Below, one piece after another: positions 27,888-32,000 of a DNA stretch of 32,000 bases (within the stretch, counting starts at the first letter, position 1; each line of letters begins with the position of its first letter). Below the pieces are notes generated by a model that saw nothing but the letters and a program-made list of their open reading frames with translations, was not told where the DNA came from and did not search any database. Origin of the DNA: Candidatus Heimdallarchaeota archaeon (GTDB lineage Archaea > Asgardarchaeota > Heimdallarchaeia > JABLTI01). The position numbers and the translations under genes were made by a program. The stretch is from positions 83,548-115,547 of the forward strand of contig JAUWKS010000003.1 of assembly GCA_030614005.1 (NCBI GenBank), written 5' to 3'.

Positions 27888-28508
27888 TTAGGATTCACCT
27901 AATTTTTCTGTTGATAACATTAGTCCGGCAATATTTGAGGGGGTAAAGAATCCATCAAAATCTCCAAATCTCTGGATGTATTCAATGATATGGTTGGAAG
28001 TTTTTGTTGGCACTGTGAAAATTTGTTTTATTCCTTCTTCTTCACTCCCAATAATCTCGTCGGTTGTGAATTTTATTCCTCGTGCTTTTTGAATTTCAAC
28101 AACTTTTTCGATATTGGTTACTTCATATGCTAGATGATGAACACGTGTGCCATATTTTTGGCAATATTTCTCTACAACAGAATCTTTGTCCAACCCTTCG
28201 CTAATAACGATGATCGGGTATGTTTCAAATAATTTTAGAGTGGTTGTTGTAGCATTTGAATGAATAACTTTGAAGCTCTTAAATAATCGATAAGGGAGTG
28301 CATTAGTTAATTCCTCCATCAATTTCTCACGTTCACCTATTTTTGCTCGATATGCAACGTGATCTAATTTAACAATAAGCTCATCAATACCAGACTCTTT
28401 GCGATCATTCTCAATTTTAGTAAACTCTTCTAGCATTTCATAACACTCCTTATTAGAAATACAGTACTTTGTTAATTTAGAATTTTCTGAAGTTAATATT
28501 AAAACCAT
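27888..28508 (-). CDS. VOC-superfamily protein resembling the C-terminal catalytic domain of 4-hydroxyphenylpyruvate dioxygenase
   Basis: LDHVAY, VHHLAYEVTNIE...RGIKF, KQIFT and IEYIQR...GFF give a His/His/Glu triad. Alternative ATG at 28436 has AAGGAG upstream. Confidence 0.75.
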   Translation of the reverse strand: MVLILTSENSKLTKYCISNKECYEMLEEFTKIENDRKESGIDELIVKLDHVAYRAKIGEREKLMEELTNALPYRLFKSFKVIHSNATTTTLKLFETYPIIVISEGLDKDSVVEKYCQKYGTRVHHLAYEVTNIEKVVEIQKARGIKFTTDEIIGSEEEGIKQIFTVPTKTSNHIIEYIQRFGDFDGFFTPSNIAGLMLSTEKLGES

Positions 28509-28563
28509 CGTAACAAAAAGTAAAGGTAATCCTTTAAGAAAGGATAATTAGTGAATGTTACAT

Positions 28564-29982
28564 CTATTCTTTTGCTGATTCTATCCATTCACCAACTTCT
28601 TCTAAAGTAGGAATCAAGTTGCTTCTTTTTAGAAATTTCTTCACATGTTTATCTTTGATTGCGATTTGGACCGTTTTCCAAAGTTTGGCTTGTTTCTGTT
28701 TTTTGAGATCTGCTTTGGTTCGAATGCCTGCTTTATAGAGAATTACTGAATCATGAACTTGCAATCTCCAAATTTCAAGCATAAGTTTAGTTTCGATAAT
28801 CATTCGTGAAATTTCTGCAATATCTAGTTGACTATAGTTCAGTTTTTCACTCAATAGATTGACAATATCATCTGGCTTCGCAACTATAAAATCTATTACT
28901 TTGTTAATTCCTATTTTCTTAAATTTGCCACCAATTGCTTTACCAACTTCTGCAGCTTCTTCTATGTCTGAGTTAATGGTGATGGCAGGGGAAAATCTAG
29001 ATTTCTTTGGAAGATTCAATTTTGGTAAAGGTATTTTAGTTGCTACTTTCTTCTCTATTTTTGATACAACTGTTTTTAGTGCTTTTGGCAAATTGACAGG
29101 TGTGATTTCTCCATCTAGAAGAACCTGCAAATAATATCTATCATCTGGTAAGAGAGAATTTTGTACTCTTTTTGTTTTATTATATTCGCTTTTCATTTGT
29201 TTTGTTGTTCTCTTTCGTATTTGTTTTTCGCGATTTTGACGATTCTTTTCTGCTTGCATAGTTAGTTTTATCCTAGACCTCGTTGTACCTAACTTTATTT
29301 TACCAGGATCGGGATTTCCTGCATCAGCTATTGCTTTGAGATAGAGTGAAGCTGTCCCTTGAATTGCCGATGCAATTCTTTGAGTAATCTTTGCTTTTAA
29401 GGCATCATTGTATCCTTTTCCCCAATTACTCTTTTGCCCTTGTTCAAGGTCATAATTTTCTATAACAAAAATATACGACTTATTCGCTTCATTTGCAGCT
29501 TTTATGACATAATCTTTGATTTTATTTATTCGTTCTGGAGGATTAATTATCATGTCTTTTCGTAAATCTATGTAAATTTCTGCTGCTCCCCATTCTGTGA
29601 AAGAATGGATTAGCCCTTCTTCTTCTGTTTGACCAGTATGGAATGGATGATTAATATCCGCAAAATAATGACTCATAACTCCTGCAGCATAAACCGCTTT
29701 TTCCCATTTTTTATTCTTTAAAGCGGATACTGTTTTGTTAAACCAATCATTTACTGCTTTTGGTGCCCCTCCCCATTTTTCCGGCATGTACAAAACATGG
29801 TTCTTATAATCTTTAAAATTTTCATCTGGTGCAGTTGAACCTTCTAGAAGCCTTTCATAAAATTTTAGAAAAAGGTTTGCCAAATTTTCATCTAGATATC
29901 TTACTGCTTCAATAGCAACTCGATGATGAATACTTCGAGTAGTACGACTTTCAAAAATTAAATTAAATGTTTTCTCATCCAT
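28564..29982 (-). CDS. Zn-dependent phospholipase C / S1-P1 nuclease-fold protein with C-terminal DUF4332-like HhH repeats
   Basis: SIHH, GSTAPD, NHV, SHYFAD, PFHT and HSFTE follow the order of the PLC trinuclear Zn ligands. C-terminal EVGKAIGGKFKKIGI and ILYKAGIRTKADL repeats. ATG at 29982. Confidence 0.75.
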   Translation of the reverse strand: MDEKTFNLIFESRTTRSIHHRVAIEAVRYLDENLANLFLKFYERLLEGSTAPDENFKDYKNHVLYMPEKWGGAPKAVNDWFNKTVSALKNKKWEKAVYAAGVMSHYFADINHPFHTGQTEEEGLIHSFTEWGAAEIYIDLRKDMIINPPERINKIKDYVIKAANEANKSYIFVIENYDLEQGQKSNWGKGYNDALKAKITQRIASAIQGTASLYLKAIADAGNPDPGKIKLGTTRSRIKLTMQAEKNRQNREKQIRKRTTKQMKSEYNKTKRVQNSLLPDDRYYLQVLLDGEITPVNLPKALKTVVSKIEKKVATKIPLPKLNLPKKSRFSPAITINSDIEEAAEVGKAIGGKFKKIGINKVIDFIVAKPDDIVNLLSEKLNYSQLDIAEISRMIIETKLMLEIWRLQVHDSVILYKAGIRTKADLKKQKQAKLWKTVQIAIKDKHVKKFLKRSNLIPTLEEVGEWIESAKE

Positions 29983-30366
29983 GTAATCACTAACCAATAA
30001 ACCTGTTAAGATAAATTTAGATCAATGCTTTCCATTTTTGGTCATTTGCTAAAAGTATTTTCATTTAGGTTTTTTAATTAATGAAAAAATCCTCATGAAA
30101 TTGGAGAATTAATATTTCTATCAAATTTCATTTGATATTTTAGTAGTTTGTTCTCTGGATATTATATCCGATACCTTTTGTATCTCTTTGTATGATTTAT
30201 AACAAACTAAAAAATTAATCTTTCTAGTTTCCCATAAAAATGAAAATATCTATGATGTGCTTCATAGTTAATTCAAATAGAGCATAGAACTGCTAGTAAT
30301 CCATAATTGGGAATCTTTTTAATAGAAATCCTACCATAACTGATTGAAGTTAACTAATTTGTAAAT

Positions 30367-31053
30367 ATGGACGGTTACTTAAATTTGAAAAGGAAAGAAT
30401 TAGCACTAATTGTAATAATGTTAACATGTATTCTGACAATACCAATTATTAATGTAAATGCAGTTGCTTATTGGTATGCATTAGACGAAAAGAATGATGT
30501 TATTCATTGGTCTGATGGCGAATATCAAGACACTGGTGATTATATAGATGCAATTGATATTGTGAGTGTTTCTATTGATGGCAAAAATATTATTATGGAG
30601 TTTGTTGAGGAACCTATTTATTCTAAATATTATGGTTATAGTTTGAGTATTAATTGGGATTACAATGTATCCGTAGGATCTAATCCAGTCTGTTATAATT
30701 GTACATCTGCTTCGTTCAGTGGACTTGGTGATTGGAATTCAATTACAACATATATTTTCCTTAAAAATGGGACACTAATTTATGTGCTCCAAACTTATCA
30801 AGAAATAGTTATTGAAAAGAAATCTATCATCTTTCCTATACCTGGTTTAGAATATATTGTTGATAAGGTTCCTGAGGATTTTTCTGCTGGAGCTGATTAC
30901 CGCTCTAATAATACGATTATTGTTGGTGATTATTTCTATGATGTAGCTAATGGAACAATAGTTTCAGGTCATTTATCTGGATTTTCAGCAATAGCTGGTA
31001 TAGTCAGCCTCTTCACAATTCTTCTATTATTTGGTTATAGAAAGAAGAAATGA
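30367..31053 (+). CDS. Secreted/surface protein with an archaeosortase-type C-terminal anchor (PGF-CTERM-like)
   Basis: N-terminal signal peptide ending ...INVNA, an acidic/aromatic beta-rich body (IDAIDIVSVSI), and C-terminal SGFS followed by a TM and RKKK. Confidence 0.7.
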   Translation: MDGYLNLKRKELALIVIMLTCILTIPIINVNAVAYWYALDEKNDVIHWSDGEYQDTGDYIDAIDIVSVSIDGKNIIMEFVEEPIYSKYYGYSLSINWDYNVSVGSNPVCYNCTSASFSGLGDWNSITTYIFLKNGTLIYVLQTYQEIVIEKKSIIFPIPGLEYIVDKVPEDFSAGADYRSNNTIIVGDYFYDVANGTIVSGHLSGFSAIAGIVSLFTILLLFGYRKKK

Positions 31054-31155
31054 ACGATTTATTTTTCTTACTTTCTTTTTTCTCTCCTATTTATTCTCTA
31101 TTACTGTAATATTTCTCAATGAAATTCTCTGACGATTACTTGAGCTTATCCAACT

Positions 31156-31800
31156 TCATTTGATAATTACATTATCAGGTAAATGAACTGCAACTGTACA
31201 TTGAGTATGACCATCTAAAGCAGTTTCAAAAGGTTCGATTCTTATTGGTTGTTCAAATAATTGCTCGTAATAATCCTTATACCAGTCACCACTACACTAC
31301 AGAAGTGTTTTGAAACCTCTTGCTCAGTTTCGTCTTTTATCGCTCCTCGAACCCAGAGGTAGAAACAAGCATAAAACCGTTTCATTCTCACATCATCTGT
31401 TTCGAGTAATTTCTTAGTTTGATAATGGGTTCTTGGTTACATAGATAATATTTCCATCTCTTTTTCCAAGAGCGGCTGTTTTGTTGTTTTTCACATATTC
31501 AACAACTTTATCATCAACTACTTGAGCGAATGCTGGAGTTCCATTATCTCTGTGCTTCTCAAACTCCTTTACTTTTTCTTGCCGTTTCTTTTCGAGAAAA
31601 GCATCAATACCAACAACATGGTAGTCCTTGCGATCCTTTTCCATATCCCCACCTAATCCTCCATGCAAACATGGTTTAAGCAAATCTTTTACTTTCTCTT
31701 CCCCAAGCTTTTCCTCAGCTCGTTTCAAAACTATCTTTGTAAATTCTGGTTTTTTCTCAGGATGTACACCTAATGGGGGTATTGTTAACCGTTCCTTTTT
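31156..31800 (-). pseudogene. Frameshifted, 5'-truncated gene for a Cys-containing uncharacterised protein (DUF6144/V4R-like C-terminus)
   Basis: The frame TIPPLGVHPEKKP...GNIIYVTKNP shifts at ~31425 to YQTKK...RFYACFYLWVR...HFC, then shifts again at ~31297 to CSGDWYK...FEQPIRIE...QCTVAVHLP, ending at TGA 31156. In-frame TAA at 31801-31803 upstream. The family name is recalled, not searched. Confidence 0.7.
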
Positions 31801-31863
31801 TTATGGACAAATGGGACACTGAGTCTTTTATCCATTCCCAGTCACCGCGATCAATTTGTTGGT

Positions 31864-31983
31864 GCAGTTCATCTCTGAGCCCCCACTAGGAACAGTCGAG
31901 TGGGGGATTCCCGAGTCGGTATACGGCACGGGGCTGGAGCCTCGAAGGCTGTTGACTTTTTGGCAGTCAGTAAAGAACTATGC
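31864..31983 (+). other. GC-rich multi-hairpin segment: unassigned ncRNA candidate or mobile-element end
   Basis: 50 of 80 bases are G/C in 31871-31950. Four hairpins enclosed by a possible terminal helix (see findings). Confidence 0.4.
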
Positions 31984-32000
31984 TTCTTCCTTGTTTAAAG

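Noticed and set aside
28521-28545. Overlapping alternative hairpins TAAAGG/CCTTTA and ATCCTTT/AAAGGAT as a regulatory switch
   Set aside because: The stems are short and AT-rich and expected by chance. There is no supporting context.
28859-29134. 91-aa plus-strand ORF
   Set aside because: Antisense to the PLC/HhH gene.
31628-31822. 64-aa plus-strand ORF
   Set aside because: Antisense shadow of the pseudogene, with no recognisable motif.
31934-31956. Confident call of an IS200/IS605 right end (hairpin + GTTGAC)
   Set aside because: A TGAC cleavage site should be matched by a CAAG-type guide 5' of the hairpin, but the sequence has GGAG. No transposase or TnpB ORF is in view. Kept only as one hypothesis.
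31902-31975. tRNA-Ser(GGA)-like pattern: D-arm-like CCCGAGTCGGTATACGGC followed by CGGGG-CTGGAG-CCTCG
   Set aside because: The anticodon loop would be 6 nt. There is no TpsiC arm (GTTCRA), no acceptor stem and no bulge-helix-bulge intron evident.
31864-32000. 5S rRNA, SRP RNA, RNase P RNA or group II intron domain V
   Set aside because: It lacks the 5S loop C CCGAAC, the SRP helix-8 motif and Alu loop-loop complementarity, and the RNase P P4 motifs. The CCGTATACCGA match to IIC domain V on the minus strand does not continue into a paired domain.
1-32000. CRISPR array, integrase/prophage, or canonical defence operon
   Set aside because: No regularly spaced repeats, cas, integrase, phage structural or restriction-modification genes were recognised.

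Overview
AT-rich (roughly one third GC by eye), gene-dense prokaryotic chromosomal window. I found no rRNA, CRISPR array, intact transposase or confident tRNA. An archaeon is inferred from GGTGA/AGGAG ribosome-binding sites, TATA-like boxes, T-rich intergenic tracts, a DUF4443-type HTH protein and an archaeosortase-like C-terminal anchor. The gene mix looks most like Asgard (Heimdallarchaeia-like), but this is not proven. Core content: a 5'-truncated D-2-hydroxyacid dehydrogenase, a SERCA-like Ca2+ P-type ATPase preceded by a Ca-binding surface protein and an HTH gene, a four-gene 2-oxoacid:ferredoxin oxidoreductase operon, a 44-aa helical-repeat protein and hisC. It also holds an OYE/Fe-S/FAD ene-reductase fused to an SCP2 domain, a polytopic membrane protein carrying a clan GH-A hydrolase domain, a GNAT, a GT-B glycosyltransferase, and a PAS/GAF histidine kinase followed by a Nudix gene. 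The remainder has a nitroreductase, a claudin/PMP22-like tetraspan protein, a TetR-divergent MacB/FtsX ABC system, a HEAT protein, a stand-alone HPPD-like VOC domain, a Zn-phospholipase C/S1-P1-fold protein with HhH repeats, a surface protein and a frameshifted pseudogene. At the right edge, the pseudogene's 5' part is replaced by a GC-rich, multi-hairpin segment of about 120 nt. The most interesting leads are the claudin-like protein, the OYE-SCP2 fusion, the membrane GH-A protein, the structured GC-rich element and the calcium locus. All family calls come from motif recognition, not database searches.
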